Assembly (NCBI GenBank): GCA_947459205.1
Contig: CANHCR010000009.1
Span: 798-64,797, forward strand
DNA from: Bacillales bacterium
GTDB lineage: Bacteria > Bacillota > Bacilli > Paenibacillales > CANHCR01
Direction of reading: 5' to 3'
Length of the DNA: 64,000 nucleotides
In this document: piece by piece, positions 46,666-55,701 of the stretch
Position numbering within the stretch: the first letter of the stretch is position 1
How the letters are laid out: each line of letters begins with the position of its first letter
The notes under the pieces: generated by a model
The model's input: only the letters and a program-made list of their open reading frames with translations
Told to the model about the DNA's origin: nothing
The model's database searches: none
Program-made: the position numbers and the translations under genes

Positions 46666-47723
46666 GCAGCATCCGAATCCGCAACATCTATCACATGCTT
46701 TCTTATGCATACAAATCACTGCGACAGACCTCGTATCAGAATTTGGCAAACGAGCCATTTGAACATGTGGCTGACCTGTTCGCTGCGATTTTGGCGATGG
46801 GTATGGCTGATCAGGTTCGCCGTGGCATCACAAAAGATTATCGTGAGCACACCGAGTCTTTGCCGATGATACGGGGCAAAATAGAATGGGGTACGACTTT
46901 GAACAGCAGATCGGTGCTGACCAAGAAATTGGTTTGCCGATATGACGTTTATGACGAAAATATATACTTGAATCAGATTCTTTATACGACAGCACATGTA
47001 TTACTTCGCAATCAAGAGGTATGTGAAGAGCGGAAGCGAAAACTGAAAAAAACGATGATGTTTTTCGCAGGTTGTGACTTGCTCGATCATTCCTCAATTC
47101 AGTGGAATCGAATTCAGTACCATCGGAACAATGTCGTGTATAAGATGTTGATCAACGTCTGCTATCTGGTGCTGCACGGATTATTGTTGCGGCAAGAGAG
47201 CGGGGCGTATCGGCTCGCAAACTTTATAGATGACCAAAAACGATATCAACTCTTCCAACGGTTTGTTCTTTGCTACTATCAGCATCATTACCCGCACTAT
47301 CATCCTCGCGCCCAAGTGATTAAGTGGCAACTGGATGACTCGTTCATCGATTTTTTGCCCAATATGGTAAGTGATGTACTGATGGAGTATGGTGGACGAA
47401 CGGTGATATTGGATACCAAATATTATAGGAAAATTATGAGCAAACGGTATTACTCAAATCCGGGCGCCGAGAACGATGAAGACAAAGTCAAAGTGAACTC
47501 GGCAAACTTGTATCAGATGTTTTCTTATGTGAAGAACTATGCCGCACATTCAGTTAATCAAGTATCGGGCTTATTGTTATATGCCAATACGAATGAACAG
47601 ATTACGCCGGATGTAGAGTACAGGATGGGTGGCAATGTGATACGCATCAAAACTGTCGATTTAGATCAGGAATTTTCATTGATTGAAACACAGTTGCATG
47701 ATATTTTGAAAGAGTTGATTTGA
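46662..47723 (+). CDS. mcrC: McrC nuclease subunit
   Basis: ATG 46662 overlaps the mcrB TGA (ATGA). N-terminal IRNIYHMLSYAY and the PD-(D/E)xK-type VILDTKYY motif fit McrC. Confidence 0.8.
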   Translation: MSSIRIRNIYHMLSYAYKSLRQTSYQNLANEPFEHVADLFAAILAMGMADQVRRGITKDYREHTESLPMIRGKIEWGTTLNSRSVLTKKLVCRYDVYDENIYLNQILYTTAHVLLRNQEVCEERKRKLKKTMMFFAGCDLLDHSSIQWNRIQYHRNNVVYKMLINVCYLVLHGLLLRQESGAYRLANFIDDQKRYQLFQRFVLCYYQHHYPHYHPRAQVIKWQLDDSFIDFLPNMVSDVLMEYGGRTVILDTKYYRKIMSKRYYSNPGAENDEDKVKVNSANLYQMFSYVKNYAAHSVNQVSGLLLYANTNEQITPDVEYRMGGNVIRIKTVDLDQEFSLIETQLHDILKELI

Positions 47724-47751
47724 TAAAAAAATGAATGAAGGAGTGTTTTAC

Positions 47752-48213
47752 ATGAATCGAAAAGGTATTCCGTATGGCATGACGATTGCGATGTTTATGA
47801 ATGCATTTTCCATCACCAGTTTCTTCGTGATTGGATTCTTGCTCGTTTGGAAATCCGAGTTGCCAAGTGATTTTTGGGGCTGGTTGCAAATAGGACTATC
47901 CTCCATAATCTATTTAATAGGTGGAGCAGCCTTTATTGTTGTTATCTTCTTGGCTTCGATTGTTGTGTTTTTTCGCGACAGTTATCTTAAGTACATTGGT
48001 GTTCCGATTCTGGTGACATTAGCATACTCAGGAATTATGTTTTTTTTGCCATTCAAAATTCCTGGACCCATCGATGAAGCGATTGTATTCGGGATATCGC
48101 AATGGATTCGTGTTGCGGCACTCAAATCTCAGGAAAGTGATGAGAAAGAATTAGAGGAACTCCGAAGATACAAGGAAATAAAGGAACAAGAAAACCAAAA
48201 AGAATTAAATTGA
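47752..48213 (+). CDS. hypothetical 4-TM membrane protein with acidic coiled tail
   Basis: ATG 47752 lies 8 nt after GAAGGAG. Four hydrophobic helices, then ESDEKELEELRRYKEIKEQENQKE. Confidence 0.6.
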   Translation: MNRKGIPYGMTIAMFMNAFSITSFFVIGFLLVWKSELPSDFWGWLQIGLSSIIYLIGGAAFIVVIFLASIVVFFRDSYLKYIGVPILVTLAYSGIMFFLPFKIPGPIDEAIVFGISQWIRVAALKSQESDEKELEELRRYKEIKEQENQKELN

Positions 48214-48353
48214 TTTGATTTAGACCACTTAGATTTGAGAAAAGACGAAAACGGTGAGCATGTATATCGTTAGTAACGTAATGGTTAGTTCACATGGCGT
48301 TTGTTTTTGATGAAAGCTACTTTGAATTTTTGTATTTACGGAGGTGTGTTATA

Positions 48354-49838
48354 GTGGGAATGCCGATGAATGCGCATCTGATGCTGAGTTTATTAGGTGA
48401 GACCGAATTGGAGCAGTCAGTAATTGCAAAAGTCCATGGAATGCTGAAATCATTCGATTTATTTGCATTTGTCTTGCATGACAAAATTGAGCATCGACAG
48501 TTTGATTTGAAGTTCGAAGAAATTTATCATGATTTGCATCGTGAGACTAATAAGCATGTATTATTCTTTTCGTTTGTAAATCCTAAAGTTGGATGGGACG
48601 ATTATTTAAAAAATACCGCTTATTTTTCTGAACTTTTATCAACAGATTTTTATAAATTTTTATCTGTTATGGAGACATATTTTTCGCATGACTCCGTTTG
48701 TTCAGTGAACCAAATCGCGCGAGCACTTCGCATTGATTCGGAACAGCTTCCTGTCATTATCCTAACACAAGATTTCAGTTTACAAAGTTTTAAGGTTATC
48801 GAAACGAACGAGAATATTTTTGTTTCTCAATTTAAAGCGATAGAGAAAGCAGTCAAGGATTTTGAAGTCGAGCGCCACCATTACTCGAATGAACAGGGGC
48901 AAGAGCGACTATTTAAGGACATTGATAAATATCTTGCATTGCTTAAATCAGATTCGCTCGACTACAACTCAGAAGTTGTTGGATTTTCCGTCGCAAATGC
49001 TCTTCAACCATTATTCCGCATCATTCGCATGATATGGGATTGTCCATTCGAACAACTTTCTCACGTTGACAAACAAAAAATTATTGAGATTTTTGAGTCG
49101 ATGCGCATTGATTTAGAGCGAATGAAGGTTTTGTTTCTAAAATCGGAAGAGGAGAATATTATCAACGAGTACGAACAAATGTGTAAACAGTTGTCGGATT
49201 GTTTGGCACTTGTAGATAAGCCTGTTCAGCAAATTGTGCCTGAAGAGTTCGCTGATGTGAGCCGATTTATGGAGCGTAACTCTCATGAATGGTTCATCAG
49301 CGGGTTACGCATTTCTAAATATTTAGAAACGGGAATCAACCGAAATACGAATAAGAATACGATTGATTATTCTCCGGCGGCCATTTGCATCGGAAAATCG
49401 TTTGAGAATGAAATAAATTTATCGATTTATCAATGGTTACGGAAAATTGCTGGTGTTAATTTGCCTGATTACTATGATAAGCCTCAACCGAATTTGGGAG
49501 TAGAAGAGACGCAGTTTCAGTTACCATACGGCAACACTTATCAAATTAATGTTAATAGGTCAAGCAAAAATAATCAGAAATTAATTTACCCAGGTCTAGG
49601 AACTATCTATCATTTCGTGAAAGATGATTATTGTCCTGATCAATTTACAGAAAACGATTGGCGCTCATTTCTTCAGGAGTGGGAAACAATTTTTCGTGTT
49701 CGAAATCAAGCAGCCCACACAAAAACTGTGAATAAGTCTGAATTTAACAAACTCGTTCGATCCTTTGAAAGAATTATTGTCCCGAGACTTTACTCCCAGA
49801 TTGTCGCTATGAAAAAAACGTTGCGCGGAGAAACATAA
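48354..49838 (+). CDS. hypothetical protein with C-terminal HEPN-type RNxxAH motif
   Basis: GTG 48354 lies 9 nt after GGAGG (track start 48294). The C-terminus WETIFRVRNQAAHTKTV matches the Rx4-6H (RN..AH) HEPN signature seen in Abi_2-like proteins. Confidence 0.6.
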   Translation: MGMPMNAHLMLSLLGETELEQSVIAKVHGMLKSFDLFAFVLHDKIEHRQFDLKFEEIYHDLHRETNKHVLFFSFVNPKVGWDDYLKNTAYFSELLSTDFYKFLSVMETYFSHDSVCSVNQIARALRIDSEQLPVIILTQDFSLQSFKVIETNENIFVSQFKAIEKAVKDFEVERHHYSNEQGQERLFKDIDKYLALLKSDSLDYNSEVVGFSVANALQPLFRIIRMIWDCPFEQLSHVDKQKIIEIFESMRIDLERMKVLFLKSEEENIINEYEQMCKQLSDCLALVDKPVQQIVPEEFADVSRFMERNSHEWFISGLRISKYLETGINRNTNKNTIDYSPAAICIGKSFENEINLSIYQWLRKIAGVNLPDYYDKPQPNLGVEETQFQLPYGNTYQINVNRSSKNNQKLIYPGLGTIYHFVKDDYCPDQFTENDWRSFLQEWETIFRVRNQAAHTKTVNKSEFNKLVRSFERIIVPRLYSQIVAMKKTLRGET

Positions 49839-50039
49839 AGAGATTTGGATTGACTGTTCTTGCGACCCGTTGAAACATCAAGAAAAAATGTGACGCATGT
49901 CATCAAATTGGAGAAGTGTATGTTAGGGCATTCAATTTTTTCTGGTTTTTACTTTTAAAAATAAGTAGTTTCAAATTAAAAGATTTATAAAAAATTGAGT
50001 GTGGAATTCCTTTGAGATTATGAATTTGGAGGAGATTAA

Positions 50040-50999
50040 TTGAAAATTAATACTGATTGGAAACTGAAAGTTTTGCTGACGTTCGGTATTATATTGACTG
50101 TGCTCATAATAGCGGTTCCACTTATTTTTTCAATAATTTCATACGACCCTTATAATACATTGAGGAACGCTGATGCACCTTCTTATTTGGATTATTTAAT
50201 GTTTGTTGGTTCGATAATTGCTGGTTTAGTGGGTCTATTAGGGGTGTTCTCTACGTTATATGTGAGTTACAAACTTTATAAAGTATCCGAAAAAGCTGTT
50301 GAAATTGCAGACCAGGCAACTAATATAGCAGACGACACTCGTAATGCTCAAGTATCGGACAATAAACTCAACTTAGTTAGAGAATATATAACGATGATTA
50401 GAGAACTCGAATCTACAGACAGTCAAATTACAGAAGCTCGTGCATTTCAAGATAAATTGAGTGGAATTATTAACCGTCGATACGAGCACATCTACAGGCA
50501 GGTCAATTCCTTTTTTAACCATGTCATTGATCAGGTTGAAAAGGGGAGTAAATTTCATCATTCAACGACTATTAGAACCAACAAATTTCCAGATGATTTG
50601 TTTGACACTTTTTTAAATAATTCCTTATTGGATAGAAATCAAATTCGACTAATAAATTATTTTTTTCAATTTGAATGGATAAATCCTGCAATACGAACTA
50701 ATCCAGTAATTGATATTGTGAGAATTTCTTCAGAGCACCACCAAATCGAATTTGTAATTAGTTTTTCTAACTTATCAGTTTCCTTCACAGAGAATGAAGT
50801 GAGAAAGGATGTTATTCAAATCAATGAATTTTATGAAAATGACATAATGAGAGATAAAATTGAATTTGTAATGGATTCAATTTCGAATAGAATAAAAAAC
50901 ATAGAGCGAATAAAAGAATTTTACGTAGAAAACTGCAAGGAGCTTCAGAAAATTACTGGTTATAAATTGATTGAATTTACACAAGATGAAAAGGCATAA
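50040..50999 (+). CDS. hypothetical membrane protein (2 N-terminal TM helices, cytoplasmic alpha/beta region)
   Basis: TTG start after GGAGGAG. 319 aa. No motif recognised. Confidence 0.6.
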   Translation: MKINTDWKLKVLLTFGIILTVLIIAVPLIFSIISYDPYNTLRNADAPSYLDYLMFVGSIIAGLVGLLGVFSTLYVSYKLYKVSEKAVEIADQATNIADDTRNAQVSDNKLNLVREYITMIRELESTDSQITEARAFQDKLSGIINRRYEHIYRQVNSFFNHVIDQVEKGSKFHHSTTIRTNKFPDDLFDTFLNNSLLDRNQIRLINYFFQFEWINPAIRTNPVIDIVRISSEHHQIEFVISFSNLSVSFTENEVRKDVIQINEFYENDIMRDKIEFVMDSISNRIKNIERIKEFYVENCKELQKITGYKLIEFTQDEKA

Positions 51000-51388
51000 A
51001 CACAAATGTATTTTATACAATCTCTGCGGAATGGGATTCTGCAAGCATTCAAAATTGTTAGGAAATCAAATTCATGGGAACATGAGATCATATCATTCGA
51101 TTGGAGAAGTGTATGTCAGGACATCAAAGATAGCAGCTTTATCGTCGGGATGTTGTCGAGCATGTCTTGAGAAGGGTGAAGAACCCTACAGCATCTGTTG
51201 GCTCGCTCAACTGAGTTGAGTAATCACTCGTTTTTTTGCCAGTGGGCATTGAGGGCATTTTGTATCAAATTCTCTAAACTGCTGATGTCCGACATCAAGT
51301 GATTTTAGGGGAATTCACGAGTGCATGAAATCAAGCATCCAATCAAGACGGTATGTTATTAATGGCACCAATTAAGGTGTATTAAATT

Positions 51389-51579
51389 GGAGAAACGGTT
51401 GTTTCTGATTATATACAGCGTGTCAAAATTACAATTGATGATATTATCCATTTTCGCAGTAGCTGATTCATAGTAAAAAATGGCATTATCATGAGTATAA
51501 CCATGTGGAAAGATTTTTGAAAATCTGCCGCATGGTTTTTCTTTTTTTGGCAGGAAAACCATCAAATATGTAGAATTTA
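51389..51579 (+). promoter_or_regulatory. leader-like module, copy 2, directly upstream of the 51619 operon
   Basis: Homologous to 32596-32785. Contains mini-ORF 51491..51520 (MSITMWKDF) overlapping the 5' arm of a terminator. It ends about 40 nt before the RBS GGAGGG of the 51619 gene. Confidence 0.7.
51499..51548 (+). terminator. intrinsic terminator/attenuator inside leader module copy 2
   Basis: Stem aaccatgtgg (51499-51508) / ccgcatggtt (51528-51537, one G-U), inner stem agatttt/aaaatct, then tttttcttttttt. The stem is conserved with copy 1 while the loops differ. Confidence 0.7.
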
Positions 51580-51618
51580 TAAAATAGAATTCTAAATAAT
51601 CGGAGGGTTTGATTTCAT

Positions 51619-52653
51619 ATGTTAAATAAACTACTAGAAAACAAAGAATTAATCAATTATTTAGAAAGTGCAGCATGTCGATTGAAAGTAATCGAATTCG
51701 ACGAAAGTTTTAAGTCAATTTCAGAGGCGGAATTAAATCATTTATTGCAGTTTTTACACCGTTTTTGTCACGAAAGACAGTGGGTGTATGCGATTCGAGA
51801 TGCATCAAAGACGCCGGAGAATGCGATTTCACACTATGTCGATCGTTTAATCGAGCAGTCGAAATCTAGGGATGCAGAAGACAAAATTTTTAAACGATTG
51901 GTTGTTATTACGAATATACCTGACGAGCCTTCAGAAGCACTTGTATCGGCTTTAGATCGTCTATTGGAATCTAGTGATGATATGTATTTGATCGTTTCTT
52001 TCGGCAGATCGATCTATAAGCAAGTCTATAAGATGAGTAAATTCAGGATGTTCCTAGATAAATTGCTTTTGATTTCGAATGCAACAAAAAATACGGAAAT
52101 CAGGAGTGTTGCGTCATCAAACATATTGATAACAAATGTACCGACAACAAACGTGGCATTTCCGCGATATCGTCCGTCAGATGATTTGAAAGCATTTCTG
52201 TACGCAAATTTCCCGCTGATTCATAATGCGAATTTTGACTTGTCTGAAATCAATCATGAGTCAACGATAGTGAAAGCAAAATTAACGGATCACCTTAATC
52301 ATCATCACACAGCGTTCGGTGGCAGCATTGCTCTTAGTTTGTTATTGTCGGCGATGTGCCATTTGGTCAAGATTGTCGATACGTTCCCTGAAGAGTTGTC
52401 ATTTGTTATCGGCAAACAGGAAGTCACATATTACGAAAAAATAAACGAAGACTTTGTTGTTAGAAGTCTTGAGGTTTCCGACCAGGAAAAACGCGATTAT
52501 TTTGCACGCGTAATGGAGCGCGGAAGAGGTGCCATTGTGATTAAATCGCAAATTCGCGACGAAGCCACTGATAAACTGCTGGCAGAGTTTATTGGGAAGT
52601 TCGTATGTATCAAGTGTATGGATGTTGAACCTTCCGACTATGCAATAAGCTAA
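51619..52653 (+). CDS. hypothetical protein, C-terminal hotdog-fold (PaaI/4HBT thioesterase-like) region
   Basis: 344 aa, RBS GGAGGG. C-terminal KAKLTDHLNHHHTAFGGSIALSLLLSAMCH..GAIVIKSQIRDEATDKLLAEFIGKFVCI resembles the N..G.(H/F)GG..a.L.D hotdog pattern. The N-terminal half is unknown. Confidence 0.65.
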   Translation: MLNKLLENKELINYLESAACRLKVIEFDESFKSISEAELNHLLQFLHRFCHERQWVYAIRDASKTPENAISHYVDRLIEQSKSRDAEDKIFKRLVVITNIPDEPSEALVSALDRLLESSDDMYLIVSFGRSIYKQVYKMSKFRMFLDKLLLISNATKNTEIRSVASSNILITNVPTTNVAFPRYRPSDDLKAFLYANFPLIHNANFDLSEINHESTIVKAKLTDHLNHHHTAFGGSIALSLLLSAMCHLVKIVDTFPEELSFVIGKQEVTYYEKINEDFVVRSLEVSDQEKRDYFARVMERGRGAIVIKSQIRDEATDKLLAEFIGKFVCIKCMDVEPSDYAIS

Positions 52654-52676
52654 ATTGAATTGAGGAGTGGTAGAAG

Positions 52677-53294
52677 TTGCGCATATGTGATGTACAAGCG
52701 TTAGTTTTGAATGGGACGTTTATTGTTTGTTGGGATGAGACATTGCTGCGAAACAGTCCGCCACGAGGCAGGCTTACTATTGATGCGAATGCCCTTGTGT
52801 TGCGAGCATACATTGACAATGAGTTTGGTTTAAGTTTTAAGTTTGCGTGTTATGCGATGCTCCAAGATGAACAGGTGACATTGTTTGCCGACGACAGCGG
52901 ACTGGGTTCGTTTACCATTCGTATAGACGAATCGACCGACTATTCTTTTATTTGGCTGCCACATGGTGTTTATAATGAGGATACTTTGAATCTCGATCGG
53001 ATGGTTCGCGAATGTTATCAAGTGAATGATTTTGTTCAATATAGTAGAACGATGGACGTTTTGCATCCGTTGCGAGACAGGATTCAGCCGGATGTGATTC
53101 GTGTTCTACTATCTGCTAAAGATGGTGAGATGGAAGGGGTATGGTGTCGAATTCATGACTACATCAATGAACGAATGGTTGTTAAATTGTTGCATGACAC
53201 GAAGAGAGATTTTGGTCTACGGACAAATGCCCTGTTAAATGTGGATATCGTACAACATGAGGGTCAAGCATATGTTGTTTGGGAACAGGAGTGA
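52677..53294 (+). CDS. hypothetical protein (decayed paralogous fragments lie at 32805-33000 and 61294-61490)
   Basis: 205 aa, TTG start after GAGGAGTGG. The segment RLTIDANALVLRAYIDNEFGLSFKFACY parallels RIRID..NSVALGLYVFSKWGLSFNFACY encoded by the repeat copies. Confidence 0.65.
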   Translation: MRICDVQALVLNGTFIVCWDETLLRNSPPRGRLTIDANALVLRAYIDNEFGLSFKFACYAMLQDEQVTLFADDSGLGSFTIRIDESTDYSFIWLPHGVYNEDTLNLDRMVRECYQVNDFVQYSRTMDVLHPLRDRIQPDVIRVLLSAKDGEMEGVWCRIHDYINERMVVKLLHDTKRDFGLRTNALLNVDIVQHEGQAYVVWEQE

Positions 53295-53398
53295 GCAATA
53301 CAATTTCGGATTTCTGCAGTAGCTGCGATGCAGTAGAGTAATAGGCTAATTATTTTATTTTGGTCAAGAGGAACATGTGACGCGAGAGGAGTGTTCTG

Positions 53399-54673
53399 AT
53401 GAAGTTACAGGAGCAGTATCAAAAGTGGTTGAATGAATTTACTGAGGCGCACGGCAGACCGAGCCCGTATGAATCGGTTGCGACATTTGAATCATTTGAG
53501 GCGCGCTTGAAATTTGCTGATTTGTTGCGCATGTTTGACGAAAGTGGTGAGCAGGATTTTGCGAAAATCGAACAAATTTACTTGTCAATTATTCACGATG
53601 CGGTTGCAAGACAATGTGCAGGTGTAACTTTTACACATGCAGAGATGCATTTGTTGGCGCGCTTGTATATCAAATATGGGCAGTTGTACTGGGAGTGCCG
53701 CAAAGATGAGTCGTTTTTGCTCGATATGTTGGATCGCGCGACTACGTTCATCAAACTCGATAAACGCTTGAATGGGCTTGAAGCGACGGTCGAATATTTT
53801 CGTTTGAAGTTGTTGGCGGATCAGGGACAGCAATTGAGAGCGCTACAGGAAGCAAAGTCGCATCTGACGCTCGTCGGGAAAAAGAGGAAGTCGTTGTGGA
53901 ATCGGGAAAAATACATGTTTCATTTGTTTCTATTTGAATTGTATAGCGACAATCAATGTTATGAGGATGCGGAAGAACATTTGCAGGAAGCGTGCCTTGC
54001 TCTGAACTTGTTGAAAAAAGCGAATGTTGATGACTTTATGCCAGTAGAGCTCATGGGCGTCGTGTCACGCTACATTTTTGAAGTAGAAGATCAAGGGATG
54101 ATGTTTGTACCTGGGGAGGATGGTCCGGAGCGCGACCGCAAAGCAAACTATGCAGCGAACGTGAAGATTCAGGTGGAGAATGCGGCTTACTATGGGGAAG
54201 CGCATTTTGATGAGAAGTACCAGCGTGACGAGCAGATTTTGCTATTGAAAGGCTTTTTGCCGAAGAAGGTTGAAGGCAATGAACTAATTGAAGAAGAGTG
54301 TGCGACGATTGTCGCGGGTGCGCTGAAGGCAGGCGCATTGATTGAGACGGAGTTCGGACTCGAAGTCGTGAATCCGATTGCCGGAAATGTGATGGATATC
54401 GCGGCGTTGATTAGCGGACAAGCAGGCCTAAAGCGACGAGAATATTACAAAATGTGGCGCGATAAGGTGGATGGAGCGAGTCTGTACGAGGACCATTATT
54501 ATGTACGAGGTGAAGGTGAGGATGACCACCTCGATGATGGCAATGATTATGAAGGCATGTCGGCTAAGCAGAAAGAATTATTGGAATATAAATGGAGTAA
54601 ACAGTTTAATCGATCGCGGCGCTTAAACCGAAATATTGCGAAGCGATTGCGCGATTTGTTGGAGTGGAATTGA
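53399..54673 (+). CDS. hypothetical alpha-helical protein
   Basis: 424 aa, RBS GAGAGGAG. Predicted helical/TPR-like N-terminal half. No catalytic motif recognised. Confidence 0.65.
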   Translation: MKLQEQYQKWLNEFTEAHGRPSPYESVATFESFEARLKFADLLRMFDESGEQDFAKIEQIYLSIIHDAVARQCAGVTFTHAEMHLLARLYIKYGQLYWECRKDESFLLDMLDRATTFIKLDKRLNGLEATVEYFRLKLLADQGQQLRALQEAKSHLTLVGKKRKSLWNREKYMFHLFLFELYSDNQCYEDAEEHLQEACLALNLLKKANVDDFMPVELMGVVSRYIFEVEDQGMMFVPGEDGPERDRKANYAANVKIQVENAAYYGEAHFDEKYQRDEQILLLKGFLPKKVEGNELIEEECATIVAGALKAGALIETEFGLEVVNPIAGNVMDIAALISGQAGLKRREYYKMWRDKVDGASLYEDHYYVRGEGEDDHLDDGNDYEGMSAKQKELLEYKWSKQFNRSRRLNRNIAKRLRDLLEWN

Positions 54674-54817
54674 GGTTTCTTTAGAATCAACACGATAAAG
54701 CTAGTGCCTCGTGCCGGTGCGCTTCTACTCATCAAGCGAATGTTTTTCTTTTTTCTAAAATAAAGGAATTAACGCTGTTTTTATTGAATTTATATAACGA
54801 CTAATGGGGGTGAGCAT

Positions 54818-55672
54818 TTGTTGATTGATCAGCTACGCCAAAGTTTTCAAACCAATGGAGCAACTCACCCGCAAACGATGTGCTTCGTTACTCAGTACAT
54901 CTCGCGCATCATGAATGTCGCGCCGAAACAAAAAGACTTTCGTAACCATAATAAATTTCACGACGCGCAATTGATTGCAGATGACCGTCAATTATGTCTG
55001 ATGGTGATTGAAGCCTATATTTGCGATCCGAAATACATTCGAATTTATGAAAATCTCGACCAATATGACGACGAACAGTGGATTCACATGAAACCAAGTG
55101 AGCAGGATCCACACGGAACATTTTATGTGGAGGAGTTACGTGGATGGATTTGGGACTTTGGTCCAGATGATCCGCATGATACAGAAGACATTTTATCCGA
55201 TAATGAAGATTTGGAGGAGTGGATGGACTTTGACACCCTCGTCCACCAACGCATTTCTTACGTTTTGCTGAAACTTACGTTTCATGCGTTTATGGGAAGC
55301 GCAGAACAACCTGCGTTTTTCGAAATGTTGTGGCGAATTATTGCGCGCGCGTTTCAAAAACAAACCGTCTTTGGAGAAGGTACGTGGTCTCTCGAGGGCA
55401 TTATGGAGGAACTTGTTCATTACAAAGCGTTCACATTTATGAGCAATGTGTTATTGCATTTTCGCACAAATAAACTTTTCCCCTACAACTCTTGGATGCG
55501 TTTTGCTGGCATGTTGATACGTGGACAATTTGAAGCATTATCCAAGATGGGCTATCACTCCAAAATTAGTGCGAATGTATTGATCAGAAATGAACTCGAG
55601 CGTGTGGCAAACGAAGAAAACTGGCCGGCGTTGAAGAAGAAATATTTGCTAGCACGAGTTGGTCTGCTGTAG
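54818..55672 (+). CDS. hypothetical protein
   Basis: 284 aa, TTG start after GGGGGTGAG. No motif recognised. Confidence 0.6.
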   Translation: MLIDQLRQSFQTNGATHPQTMCFVTQYISRIMNVAPKQKDFRNHNKFHDAQLIADDRQLCLMVIEAYICDPKYIRIYENLDQYDDEQWIHMKPSEQDPHGTFYVEELRGWIWDFGPDDPHDTEDILSDNEDLEEWMDFDTLVHQRISYVLLKLTFHAFMGSAEQPAFFEMLWRIIARAFQKQTVFGEGTWSLEGIMEELVHYKAFTFMSNVLLHFRTNKLFPYNSWMRFAGMLIRGQFEALSKMGYHSKISANVLIRNELERVANEENWPALKKKYLLARVGLL

Positions 55673-55701
55673 CTGCAATCACGAAAAGGAGTCACACGTC
55701 A

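Noticed and set aside
51359-51565. 68-aa minus-strand ORF antisense to leader copy 2, and a 66-codon open minus-strand frame running across 32690-32890.
   Set aside because: The homologous frame in copy 1 has an internal stop and no start codon. Protein-level similarity is what about 78% nucleotide identity would produce in any frame. The T-tract follows the conserved hairpin only on the plus strand.
54719-54755. Possible internal terminator between operon genes 3 and 4 (cgctt..aagcg followed by tgtttttctttttt).
   Set aside because: The stem is 5 bp with a 9-nt loop and a 4-nt spacer before the T-tract, which is marginal. It is noted as a possible partial attenuator only, not annotated.
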